Shown here piece after piece: positions 1 through 9,469 of a stretch of 64,000 nucleotides of DNA. A program made the translations under genes and the position numbers. Source of the DNA: Syntrophobacteraceae bacterium (GTDB taxonomy: Bacteria > Desulfobacterota > Syntrophobacteria > Syntrophobacterales > Syntrophobacteraceae); assembly GCA_049515795.1 (NCBI GenBank), contig JBEKTT010000016.1, positions 8,271-72,270 on the forward strand. The letters are read 5' to 3'. The notes under the pieces are model-generated. The model did not search any database. It was given only the letters and a program-made list of their open reading frames with translations, and had not been told where the DNA came from. Within the stretch, counting starts at the first letter, position 1. Each line of letters opens with the position of its first letter.

Positions 1-210
1 GAGGATATGATAATGTATGCAGCAGTCCATTAAAAATGTGCTATCAACCCAGCCAAGTAGTAGCGACTAAACATCTGACAGAGGCGACGACATTGTAGGC
101 GTTGTTGACTTGCCAATCAATGTGAAGATAATTATCAATCAATTGCTTTTACAAGAGTTTTAATGTATGACAATAATAAAAAAGCCCAGTTAGTCAGGAA
201 AAAGGAGTAT

Positions 211-978
211 ATGATGGTTGGAGATATTGAAGTAAACACGACAAAAGGTGTAATGATATTAACAATCAATCGAGTCAGTAAGAAAAATGCCCTTTATGAA
301 GAAATGTATAGTATTGTTGCTGATGCATTTGAACAACTCGATCGAGACGAGACTATCCGCTGTATGCTTATTAAAGCCAATGGCGATACCTTTTGCGCCG
401 GAAATGACATCTCCTTTTTTCTGAATAACTATAATATGGCGCCGGATGCGGCAGTTGGACGTTTTTTATACGGATTAGCAGGGCTGACTAAACCTCTGGT
501 TGCTGCCGTTCAAGGAGCGGGAGTAGGAATCGGACTTACTCTCTTGCTACACTGCGATCTTGTTTTTGCTGCTGAGGACATTCGTCTGTCGGCGCCTTTT
601 TGCAGTTTAGGATTGGTGCCCGAGGCCGGGTCGAGTCAACTACTCCCTGCTTTGATCGGTCATCGAAGGGCAATGGAGATATTCCTGCTCGGCAAAGTTA
701 TAAAGGCAAAGGAGGCTCTGGCATATGGCCTTGTCAATGAGATAGTTCCTATCGCCCAACTCCATGAAATCGCTTTGGATGCCGCCCGAAAGCTGGCAGA
801 ACTTCCGGCCGCGGCCGTATATGAGACGAGAAGGCTGACTCGAATGCCTTCAGAGGCGCTAAGCAAGCATGTAGAAGAAGAATGTAAAGTATTCATGCAG
901 CGCATCGCAAGCGAAGAGGTACAGACCATTTTCAAACGTTTTCTAACCCGAAAAAGTGGTGTGGACCCCATTGGTTAG
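211..978 (+). CDS. enoyl-CoA hydratase/isomerase (crotonase superfamily)
   Basis: ORF track 163..978. Crotonase-type motifs (IKANGDTFCAGNDISFF; AAVQGAGVGIGLTLLLHCD). AAGGAG at 202-207 favours ATG 211 over ATG 163. Confidence 0.85.
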   Translation: MMVGDIEVNTTKGVMILTINRVSKKNALYEEMYSIVADAFEQLDRDETIRCMLIKANGDTFCAGNDISFFLNNYNMAPDAAVGRFLYGLAGLTKPLVAAVQGAGVGIGLTLLLHCDLVFAAEDIRLSAPFCSLGLVPEAGSSQLLPALIGHRRAMEIFLLGKVIKAKEALAYGLVNEIVPIAQLHEIALDAARKLAELPAAAVYETRRLTRMPSEALSKHVEEECKVFMQRIASEEVQTIFKRFLTRKSGVDPIG

Positions 979-1277
979 ACAGCTTGAGCCAGGGAATTAA
1001 ACTCTAAGTCGATGGGTTGTGGAAGGCCTCAAGCAGCCACCTTAAGCGGAGAGGGTCAACTGTAGTATACCTGATCCGGATTTTTGTCCAAAAATCGCGT
1101 TCTGCCTGGCGATAGAGCTCATCCATCTGAGCTTCCAGATCATGCCGGGAGTTGTTGACTTTCTCAAAAATCTCGGCCGCCCCTTCCTGGGGGGCTCGTC
1201 TCCAGCCGGCCCTTTCGAAGTGTCCATCAAAACCGGGGGGCACATTTTGTAGATAATTCAATGTTGGAGGGTGAGCA

Positions 1278-2570
1278 ATGAATTGGCGTGAGAAGTATAA
1301 AGATAAAATCGTTACAGCGGATGAAGCTGTAAAATGCGTAAAATCCGGAGATAAAATAGTTGTTGGTCAAACCAACGGTATTTCAGTTTTGCTGATAGAG
1401 GCTGTGTGTCGAAGAGCTGATGAATTGCAGGGAGTCAGCTTTTATTCATCGCTGGGCTGGAAAGGCGAGGCTTATCTTGATGAAAAATACCATGGTAAGT
1501 TCACGCATATGGCGGAATTTGTGTATGACAAAGCAAGACAAGCATATAAAACCGGCCAGACACAATTCACGCCGTTATATTTTCATGAATTTCCAAGATT
1601 CTTCAGAGAGGTAGTCAAACCGGAAGTGTCTTTTGTCATGGTTTCGGAACCTGATGAGAATGGTATATGCAGTTTCTCGATGAATGCAGATTTTATTTAT
1701 GAATCCGCCATGGTGAGTAAGAATGTTATTCTCCATGTAAATCCGGCAATGCCATATACCCGCGGCGTATCCATTTCTCTGGATAAGGCAACCTATATCG
1801 TAGAAGAAAGAGAGGAACCTCTGATTGTTTCCCAAGGCAACCCCGGTCCGATTGAGGAACAAATTGCCCGGAACATTGCCCCTTACATCGATGATGGAGC
1901 AACGATTCAGATGGGGATAGGAACCATACCTGACTTTGTTCTTTCCCTACTCGGCGATAAAAAGGACCTGGGAGTCCATACCGAGCTGTTTGCCGATGGA
2001 GTTATAGATTTGTACAATAAAGGAATTATTACCAATACAAAAAAGAATATTGATGTCGGCAAAATTGTGGCAACCTTTATCTTTGGCACTAATAAGCTCG
2101 CTGAATTTGTTCACAACAACGATGACGTTCTTATGATGCCTGTAGATTACACCAATAATCCATACGTAATCGCTCAAAACGACAAGGTAGTTTCCATCAA
2201 TTCTTGTCTGGAAGTGGACCTGTTAGGTCAGGTCAATTCAGATACACTGAATGGTTATCCGTTTAGCGGGGCAGGAGGACAAGTTGATTTTGTACGGGGG
2301 GCCAGGATGTCCAAAGGCGGCCAGTCCTTTCTCACTCTGCCTTCTACAGCAGCCAAAGGCAAGATTTCGCGAATTGTCTGCAAATTAGGGACAGGTTCTC
2401 CGGTGACGACAAATAGATTTGATGTGGATAATATTGTAACGGAGTACGGAGTAGCAAAGATGTGGGGGCGTACATTGAAACAAAGAGCTCAAGCACTCAT
2501 CAGTATAGCCCATCCCGACTTCAGAGAACAATTGGAGGGAGACGCTCATAATGCCGGCCTACTGAAATAG
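1278..2570 (+). CDS. acetyl-CoA hydrolase/transferase family protein (4-hydroxybutyrate/butyryl CoA-transferase-like)
   Basis: 430-aa ORF with GGAGGG RBS at 1266-1271. Length and motifs (GIGTIPD, EVDLLGQVNSD, SGAGGQVDF) are typical of this family. Confidence 0.8.
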   Translation: MNWREKYKDKIVTADEAVKCVKSGDKIVVGQTNGISVLLIEAVCRRADELQGVSFYSSLGWKGEAYLDEKYHGKFTHMAEFVYDKARQAYKTGQTQFTPLYFHEFPRFFREVVKPEVSFVMVSEPDENGICSFSMNADFIYESAMVSKNVILHVNPAMPYTRGVSISLDKATYIVEEREEPLIVSQGNPGPIEEQIARNIAPYIDDGATIQMGIGTIPDFVLSLLGDKKDLGVHTELFADGVIDLYNKGIITNTKKNIDVGKIVATFIFGTNKLAEFVHNNDDVLMMPVDYTNNPYVIAQNDKVVSINSCLEVDLLGQVNSDTLNGYPFSGAGGQVDFVRGARMSKGGQSFLTLPSTAAKGKISRIVCKLGTGSPVTTNRFDVDNIVTEYGVAKMWGRTLKQRAQALISIAHPDFREQLEGDAHNAGLLK

Positions 2571-2735
2571 AGTTTTATTTTGGAATAATGGTGGGCCGGA
2601 ATTTTCATCAGTTCATCAGCTATATTGGCATTGGGTCGGACCGATACTCGTCGGAGGCGGCCCGAAGTAGCGGCAGGCTTGGCGGAACCCGCGTCATCCC
2701 TTCTCCGCCTTCCGTCCTCCGTCTTCCGTCCCCCG

Positions 2736-5700
2736 TTATTCGCCGTACATCACAAAAGCCGACCAGAAAAACGGGTGACGGTACTTGGTATTCAACATCT
2801 CCTTTTTTGCGAGGCGCAGAGATTCAGCCGCTCCGAGCCCTTTTCGGATCATGTTGTCATAGAACCGAACCATGAGGTCTCTGGTCCCCTCATCATCCAC
2901 GCTCCAAAGACTCACGACGGCTGACGGGCTCCCGGCATACATGACGGCACGGGTAAGCCCGGTTATTCCTTCTCCCCGTTCAGCCCAGCCCAGGCCGGTC
3001 TCGCAGGCTGAAAGCACGACCACTCTCGCGTTGTATCTCAGGTTCATTATTTCCGCGAGAGTCAGGAACCCGTCTTCATCTTCGTCTGGAATCCGGCTCA
3101 GGGCTATCGCCTGAAAACGAGGGGCCAGAATGCCATGTGCAGAGAAGTGAATGTATCCATACAGCGCCGTATCGGGACGTTTGGCGTTTGCCTTTGTAGC
3201 ATCGGCTCTCAGAAAAACTTTGTTGGACTTAACACCCGGGTTCGCGTCAGCGAAAATGTGCTCTACTGCCCTGACCTCCTCACCGCTCCCCGCGAGCCTG
3301 TCCAGTTTTCCACCAACGCGGAAATATCTGGTTCGCGCAGATCTGTCGGGCCTGCCGTTTGAAATCTCACCATATTCGCGCTTGCCGGCTTTGAAATTAT
3401 CAAAATCATATACCGGGTCTCCGAATCCCATGAAAAGGCGGCTTTTGGCGCCACCCGCACCACCGGCCCTCAGGGTGGCAAGCACAGAGGCTGACTGCAC
3501 GTATTTGATAGTCTGTTGTTCAATGAGATAATGCCAGCCGGCCGCATCGGATACGACAAGGCTCTCAAAAGGCAGCTTCGCCAGAATGCCGTCGGGTACT
3601 ATGAAGAGAGTGCGGCCTTTCATTGCCCACTCGAATGGTTTGAGCAGGAGGCCGTATATCTCGGAAGCTGCGCCTTGGACGTAGCCTTCACCATATTGCG
3701 GACCCCGGGCAAGGCTTTTCAGAAGCGGCTCCAGGCCGCCCTTGAGACTATCCTCATCGACCGGCAGTCTGGCCACCTGAAATCTTTCTCTCGTAACGAC
3801 AAAACAGTAGACGCCCCTCTTCGATATCAGATACTCAATCAGCGCTTCATCATCCCTCAACACTTTTCTCCGGAGTTCCCGGATGGATACGGGCTGCGGA
3901 TACTGAACCGACGCATAGGCGCGGTTCTTGAGCCGTATCTGTTTTTTCAATCTGTCAAGTTCTTCCTCAAGCTGTTCCTGCCGTTCTCGCAGCCTTGAGA
4001 TTGCAGCATCATCACGCGCCTTTTTGCGGTAAGCTTCCGAAATTTTGTTCGTCATATCTGAGAGATCTTTTTCAAGCTGATCACGCTTACGCTTCAAACC
4101 CGGATCGATGCCTTTACTCAAATCCACACGGGCCTCAGCCAGTTGATCCAGAAAAAGCCGGGCTTTCATGCTCTCTGCAAGTTTGAAAGCCCGCTCGTCC
4201 AACCCGTTTTCAAGCATGAAAAGCGCGGCTTCCTCGTATCTGTCGTAGACTTTTCCCATTAAGGATTTTTTGAACTCGAGAAATCCCGCTTTCGAGCGCA
4301 CGCCTTCCAGTTTGGTTATGGCCCCATCGTAGAGCATTGCGGCCTTTTTCTTTTGATCAAGTGCGCCATAGACACGCGCCATATCGGTCATTGCGTATGC
4401 TTCCAGTTCGGCATCGCCAATCTTTTGAAACGCCGCGCGGGCCTGCTCGTAGGACCTTGCGGCTTCATCGAGCCTTCCGTCGGGTTCTTTGAACTGTCGG
4501 GCGATAAAACGGTGCGCATATCCGGCCGACGAGAGATCGCCGATGCCCTCCCAGAGTTCAAGAGCACGCTGGAATGTGGCCAACCCCTCGGACTGCTCTC
4601 CCAGAAGCGCGAGGGCTAATCCCTTCTGGTGGAGGGCCAGGCCTTCCCATTCCTGCTCTTTCATGGACAGCGCCAATTCCAGTGCTTGATCCGCATAGCT
4701 CAAAGCGTTCCGGTACTCTGCAGCCGCCCGGTCTGCGGCCATTGTCATGCCGAGCTGACGGTGGATGATGGAGATCTCTCTCAAGACATAGCCCTGACGC
4801 CAGCGGTCTTCAGTTTCCTTCGAGAGTCTCAGCGCCTCTTCTTCTGAGCTGACTGCATCCGCATAGAATTCACGTCCCTTGACCAGGTCTCCCTCAGAGA
4901 TGGTTTGCTCGGCCAGGGCCTGCAAACAGATCCCCAGGTGGTTGAACGCCCGGGCCCGGGCCCTTGCAGCGGCTGAGGGGCTCACTATCTTTTCGGCCGC
5001 AGAGGCCGCCTTTCGATGGCGCCTGATAGCATTTTCGTAATCACCCACTTCCCGGTAGCAGTACCCGAGATAATCGTTGTACTCCGCAATTAGAACTGAT
5101 TCGTTCGCAGCTTCCGCATACGACAGGGCACGGGAATAGACCTCGTAAGCACGTTTGAACTCTCCGGTCGCGACGTAGACGTCCCCGAGTTGCCTCAGCG
5201 CCCGCCCGGCTTCACGCCATTCAGCCGGAACCTTTAGTATTCGCAAAGCCTCATTGTAAAGTTTCACAGCCCGAGGCCAGTTCTTCCGGCGCTCATATAC
5301 ATCGGCAAGATCTATCAGGCCGCATCCCTGCCGGAGTCTGTCTCGATTATTTCGGGCAACAGCCAGGGCGCGCTCATGCAGCAAAATTGCCGTGGAATAA
5401 TTGGCCAGCTTTCTCTGGGCCTGCCCAAGAACATGGAGAGTATCCCCTTCACCGGCACTGTCACCGAGCCTGGCATACAGATCGAGTGCAGACCTGCCTG
5501 GACTGAGAACATCGCTGTAGCGGCCATCCTCGAACGCGTTCTCCGCAGACCTCAAGAAGCTATCCGCCTGCAACTTGCTTTCTATCTCTTTGCCGGACCA
5601 TGCACTGTAACGTTTTATCTGCCGCGCCGGCCATTGGTCTCCAGTCAGTATTTTTCCCTGCCCGGCAACAGAGGCCGCAAAGTTTAACACGTGTTTTTTC

Positions 5701-5960
5701 GCGCCCGCATCGTTTCTCTGTGATGCCGACAAGAAATCGGCAAGCAGTTGGTCCAGCAATGGCCGGAGCAAGTCCGGACGGCTGCTGGCGAGTTCCGCCA
5801 TGCGGGCGGTATCTCCCGCCAAAAATGAAGACTCAAATTCAGTGCGAAACTCTATCGGATCGAGTCCGCCTGAAAGGGCAAACGCAAAACCCGGTACGGA
5901 AGAGCCAGCCAGTAGAGCGGCGGTGGACAACACTATTAGAAATGTTCCAAACGGAGTCAT
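2736..5960 (-). CDS. TPR-repeat protein with C-terminal CHAT (caspase-like) domain, signal-peptide-like N-terminus
   Basis: 1074-aa ORF. Hydrophobic N-terminus ends in AFA. Many TPR-like repeats and a coiled-coil stretch (KRKRDQLEKDL...LDRLKKQIRLK). C-terminal His/Cys dyad context (HFSAHG ... VLSACETG) is typical of CHAT domains. Confidence 0.85.
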   Translation of the reverse strand: MTPFGTFLIVLSTAALLAGSSVPGFAFALSGGLDPIEFRTEFESSFLAGDTARMAELASSRPDLLRPLLDQLLADFLSASQRNDAGAKKHVLNFAASVAGQGKILTGDQWPARQIKRYSAWSGKEIESKLQADSFLRSAENAFEDGRYSDVLSPGRSALDLYARLGDSAGEGDTLHVLGQAQRKLANYSTAILLHERALAVARNNRDRLRQGCGLIDLADVYERRKNWPRAVKLYNEALRILKVPAEWREAGRALRQLGDVYVATGEFKRAYEVYSRALSYAEAANESVLIAEYNDYLGYCYREVGDYENAIRRHRKAASAAEKIVSPSAAARARARAFNHLGICLQALAEQTISEGDLVKGREFYADAVSSEEEALRLSKETEDRWRQGYVLREISIIHRQLGMTMAADRAAAEYRNALSYADQALELALSMKEQEWEGLALHQKGLALALLGEQSEGLATFQRALELWEGIGDLSSAGYAHRFIARQFKEPDGRLDEAARSYEQARAAFQKIGDAELEAYAMTDMARVYGALDQKKKAAMLYDGAITKLEGVRSKAGFLEFKKSLMGKVYDRYEEAALFMLENGLDERAFKLAESMKARLFLDQLAEARVDLSKGIDPGLKRKRDQLEKDLSDMTNKISEAYRKKARDDAAISRLRERQEQLEEELDRLKKQIRLKNRAYASVQYPQPVSIRELRRKVLRDDEALIEYLISKRGVYCFVVTRERFQVARLPVDEDSLKGGLEPLLKSLARGPQYGEGYVQGAASEIYGLLLKPFEWAMKGRTLFIVPDGILAKLPFESLVVSDAAGWHYLIEQQTIKYVQSASVLATLRAGGAGGAKSRLFMGFGDPVYDFDNFKAGKREYGEISNGRPDRSARTRYFRVGGKLDRLAGSGEEVRAVEHIFADANPGVKSNKVFLRADATKANAKRPDTALYGYIHFSAHGILAPRFQAIALSRIPDEDEDGFLTLAEIMNLRYNARVVVLSACETGLGWAERGEGITGLTRAVMYAGSPSAVVSLWSVDDEGTRDLMVRFYDNMIRKGLGAAESLRLAKKEMLNTKYRHPFFWSAFVMYGE

Positions 5961-6443
5961 CCTGAACCCCTTGAGGATCGAGGGGGCGCCGCAGTTAATG
6001 CACCGGCCTCGGAAACCTCACAGCTTCTCAGAAGCAGTTTTCCATACAAAACTATTGCACCGAATCGATGAGCATTATTGAAGGATTTCCCGTCCTATGC
6101 AAGAATTTTTAGCCATTTGCCCAGGCTCCTCTCAGCACTGACGCCGGACAGCCTGGGGTGAGGGACTACAGCCTGATTTCGTCATACTTTCCTTTTGGTT
6201 CAGGTATTTCACCTGCTTTGACAACCTGGGGGCAAAAAGGTTCCCTTTTCTTGAAAATGTGTTGATCAAATTCGATTCATGAGTAGACCTTTACACGTGG
6301 AGCTTGTTATGAAGGAATTCCGGACCAGATTGTTCGGCAACCGAAGTACAGCCCGGTTGTGCTAATTTCCTGTGCCACGCTCTTGCGAGCGGGCAGATGT
6401 TCTGTTTGGCTGGTGATTGCTGCTCACTTTTTACCTTTCCATA

Positions 6444-6801
6444 CCTCGCATGAAAGACTTATATAATACCCTGCTCGAAAAAAATGCGCCTGACATGATA
6501 AGAGCGGCGACCGTGCGCGCAGCCATGCAGAGAAGCAGGACTGAGGACTGAGGACTGAGGGCTGAGCAAAAGCGGCGACCGTGCTCGGAGCTATGCAGAA
6601 CGCACAGACAATAAACGTGGCGCGTTTGAAGGCAAGCCAAATATGAGGCGCTTCCGAGAAGTGAAGTGACAATGGTGTCAGGGTTTCACTCTCAGTCCTC
6701 AGTCCTCAGGGAGCGAAGCGTAGTTCAGTCCTGATAGCGTAGCGCGGAGGCCGACCGCAGGATATGTCTATCACACGCGATTGGCGGGAGCGGGAGGCCT
6801 T
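6444..6801 (+). repeat. mosaic intergenic repeat, copy A (full length, with ~70-bp internal insertion)
   Basis: Near-identical to 26937-27192 (reverse) and 54001-54320. Starts CCTCGCATGAAAGACTTATATAATACC and ends GGCGGGAGCGGGAGGCCTT. Contains (GAGGACT)n arms at 6537-6566 and 6691-6711. Confidence 0.9.
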
Positions 6802-6819
6802 CTGGAAACGGGGGAAGCC

Positions 6820-7968
6820 ATGGAACAGGAAATCTATAAAAGACTGGCCGGGCATTTGGACAACCTTCCCGGCGGCTTTCCACCCACTGAGAGCGGAGTG
6901 GAAATGCGCATTCTGAGGAGGCTCTTTACCCCGGAGGAAGCAAAGCTTGCCGTTTATCTTACCCTGCTCGCCGAAGAACCCAGGGTCGTAGCACGCAGGG
7001 CCGGGATACATAGGGATGAGGCCGCTAAGCGTCTGGATGAGATGGCGCAAAAGGGGCTTATTTTGCGGCAGCAACGGGGAAAAGGTCCCACAAGATACCG
7101 GGCGGCTCAATATGTTGTCGGGATATGGGAGTACCACGTCAACGATCTGGACAAAGAGTTGATACAGGACATGAATGAATATTTACCGGCCCTTTCAGAA
7201 CAGGTCTGGAAGGTCCCTCAAATGCGCACCGTTCCTGTAGGTCGCAGTGTGACTCCGGAACTTAAAGTGCTGCCGTACGAGATGGCTGAAGAACTAGTCC
7301 GGGCCCAGAAGAAATTTTCGGTCGGCCCCTGCATTTGCCGCCGTGAGCACAACATGATGGGAAAGGGGTGTGACAAGCGGGAGGAGAGTTGTTTAGGATT
7401 CGGCATGGCGGTGGATTATCTGAAACGGAATGGCATGGGCCGGGAGATCGACCTGAGGGAGACCCTTGATATTCTCAAATGGGCCGATGAGGCCGGTCTC
7501 GTCCTGCAGCCCGCCAACGCCAAAAATGCTCTCTGGATTTGTCTCTGCTGCGGCTGCTGTTGTCAGGTCCTGAAAAATTTCAAGCGTCAGGCCAAGCCGG
7601 CCGCAATGGCGGCCAGCCCTTTTTTTGCAGCGTATAACCCTGAAAACTGTCAAACTTGCGGCGTCTGCGTGGACCGCTGCCAGATGGAGGCCCTGAAGCT
7701 CGAAGCCGACAAGGTGCGGTTCGATGTCGATCGCTGCATCGGCTGCGGACTCTGCGTTTCCACCTGCCCTACCGATTCGCTTACTTTGGTCCGAAAACCT
7801 CAATCCGAACAACCAGAGGCGCCAAAGGATTTTATCGATGCTTCCATCAGGCTGGGAAGAGCCAGGGGAAAAATCACCACACCAGGACTGATGAAGATGA
7901 TGGTCAAATCCAAGGTGGATAGAATCGTGACGAAAGTGAACCTTTTCAGTCGCGGGCCACAATCGTAG
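6820..7968 (+). CDS. Cys-rich iron-sulfur protein with C-terminal 2x[4Fe-4S] ferredoxin domain
   Basis: ORF 6781..7968 with probable start ATG 6820 (MEQEIYKRL). Two CxxCxxCxxxCP motifs (CQTCGVCVDRC, CIGCGLCVSTCP) plus extra Cys clusters (CICRREH..GC, CLCCGCCCQ). The N-terminus is possibly wHTH-like. Confidence 0.75.
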   Translation: MEQEIYKRLAGHLDNLPGGFPPTESGVEMRILRRLFTPEEAKLAVYLTLLAEEPRVVARRAGIHRDEAAKRLDEMAQKGLILRQQRGKGPTRYRAAQYVVGIWEYHVNDLDKELIQDMNEYLPALSEQVWKVPQMRTVPVGRSVTPELKVLPYEMAEELVRAQKKFSVGPCICRREHNMMGKGCDKREESCLGFGMAVDYLKRNGMGREIDLRETLDILKWADEAGLVLQPANAKNALWICLCCGCCCQVLKNFKRQAKPAAMAASPFFAAYNPENCQTCGVCVDRCQMEALKLEADKVRFDVDRCIGCGLCVSTCPTDSLTLVRKPQSEQPEAPKDFIDASIRLGRARGKITTPGLMKMMVKSKVDRIVTKVNLFSRGPQS

Positions 7969-8212
7969 TTAACCCCATGCCGCCCCCGACACACAGCGTA
8001 GCCAATCCTGTTTGGACATCCCGGCGCGCCATTTCATAGGTGAGGCCGATCACGATTCGCAACCCGGTACATCCCACGGGGTGACCCAAGCCGAGGCCGC
8101 TCCCGTTCACATTGGTTTTGGAGCGGTCAAGATCCAGACCCGGTTCGTATGCGATGTACCGGGCAGCGAACGCCTCATTTAATTCAATCAGCCCGATGTA
8201 TTGGAGCACCAT
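7946..8212 (-). pseudogene. thiolase (acetyl-CoA acetyltransferase) C-terminal fragment
   Basis: The 88-aa ORF carries only the C-terminal thiolase signatures (NEAFAA; NVNGSGLGLGHPVGCTG; CVGGGMG), whereas full-length thiolases are ~390 aa. It abuts acpS and overlaps the 3' end of the Fe-S gene by 23 nt. Confidence 0.7.
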
Positions 8213-8270
8213 CCCCGCCCCGATCGCACAGGTTTTCCGGATCTCTATCTGCCCTCTTGGATTGTAGCGA

Positions 8271-8669
8271 CTAACCTGGAAAATCTTGCGAGGTCTCTAT
8301 AACCACCACTGCCGCTCCGTACTGCCCGTCGTCAGTGAGGCTGAGGTGCCAGGACCCGACACCTTGGTCCCTGCAATATTGGAGAGCGCGCGGGGTTAGG
8401 GAAATCTCAGGTTTGCCCATCGTGTTATGCCTGATTTCGATATCCTGCCAGAGCACCGGTTTTCTAATCCCCAGCCCGAGGGCTTTTACGAAAGCCTCTT
8501 TTGCAGCAAACCGCAACGCCAGGCAAGCGGCACGCTTTTTTCTTCCCGAACAGAATTGTCTTTCGAATTCGGTGAACACACGCGTCTCAAACCGCTCGCC
8601 CCAGCGCTCAAGCAGCTTTTCGAGCCGGTCCACCCGCACCAGGTCAATACCTACACCGTAAATAGGCAT
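8271..8669 (-). CDS. acpS: holo-[acyl-carrier-protein] synthase
   Basis: 132 aa with an N-terminal GVGIDLV motif and typical AcpS length. Located directly downstream of pdxJ, as in many bacteria. Confidence 0.9.
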   Translation of the reverse strand: MPIYGVGIDLVRVDRLEKLLERWGERFETRVFTEFERQFCSGRKKRAACLALRFAAKEAFVKALGLGIRKPVLWQDIEIRHNTMGKPEISLTPRALQYCRDQGVGSWHLSLTDDGQYGAAVVVIETSQDFPG

Positions 8670-8671
8670 GG

Positions 8672-9385
8672 TCAGCCCATCAGTTGGAGCATTTCGCGAA
8701 CGGCCCGATCCATGCCGATCAACACAGCCCGTGCGATTATCGAGTGGCCGATGCTGAACTCCTCTATTTCCCTTATGTTCCTGAGCCAGACAATATTCTG
8801 GTAATCGACCCCGTGTCCGGCATGCACTCCTATCTGCAGTTTTTTTGCCAGCCTTGCTGCCGTAATGAGCTTTTCATACTGCTCCTGGCGGTTCGCAAAA
8901 GATTGGGCTTCCGCAAAAGCTCCGGTATGGAGTTCGATGTAATCGGTTTCAAGCCTTTGGGCCACTTTGATGTGTTTGGGATCCGGTTCTATGAAAAGGC
9001 TGACCGCAATACCACTGCCGTGAAGTGTCTCTATAACACGCGCCAGAGGGGTTTCGAAAAGGACGACGTCGAGGCCCCCTTCGGTCGTCAATTCCTGGCG
9101 CTTTTCAGGGACCAGGGTCACCACGTCGGGTTTTATCTTCTGGGCGATTTCGACCATCTCCTTTGTTGCCGACATCTCCAGGTTCATTTTAGTTTTGATG
9201 GTCTTTCGCAGGATGGCGACATCCCTGTCCTGGATATGGCGACGGTCTTCCCTAAGGTGAACCACTATCCCGTGAGCTCCCGCAAGCTCGGCAAACATTG
9301 CGGCGGCAACCGGGTCCGGCTCGGGGGCGAGGCGGGCTTGTCGAAGTGTGGCTACATGGTCTACATTGATGGCGAGTCTTGCCAA
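8672..9385 (-). CDS. pdxJ: pyridoxine 5'-phosphate synthase
   Basis: 237 aa with the N-terminus LAINVDHVATLRQAR characteristic of PdxJ. Confidence 0.92.
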   Translation of the reverse strand: MARLAINVDHVATLRQARLAPEPDPVAAAMFAELAGAHGIVVHLREDRRHIQDRDVAILRKTIKTKMNLEMSATKEMVEIAQKIKPDVVTLVPEKRQELTTEGGLDVVLFETPLARVIETLHGSGIAVSLFIEPDPKHIKVAQRLETDYIELHTGAFAEAQSFANRQEQYEKLITAARLAKKLQIGVHAGHGVDYQNIVWLRNIREIEEFSIGHSIIARAVLIGMDRAVREMLQLMG

Positions 9386-9469
9386 TTTTGCTCCTCTTCA
9401 TTAACCTCGCGGAGCGTCGAGTTTGAGCTTTCTCCGCGTCCTCGGCGTCTCAGCGGTGGACGATTCGGA

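Noticed and set aside
1004-1261. 85-aa minus-strand ORF between the crotonase and CoA-transferase genes
   Set aside because: It depends on a TTG start without a recognisable RBS, lies antisense within a co-oriented gene pair, and has no recognisable motif. It is kept only as a very weak possibility.
6537-6711. Possible CRISPR array suggested by short tandem GAGGACT units
   Set aside because: The period is only 7 bp, there are no unique spacers and no cas genes, and the two blocks are inverted copies inside a dispersed repeat.
6424-7137. ORFs 6424-6672, 6431-6640 and 6706-7137 (and 53751-54194 and 27112-27190 in the other copies)
   Set aside because: They are created by the mosaic intergenic repeat. 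The same pseudo-peptides recur wherever the repeat occurs, and they lack RBSs.
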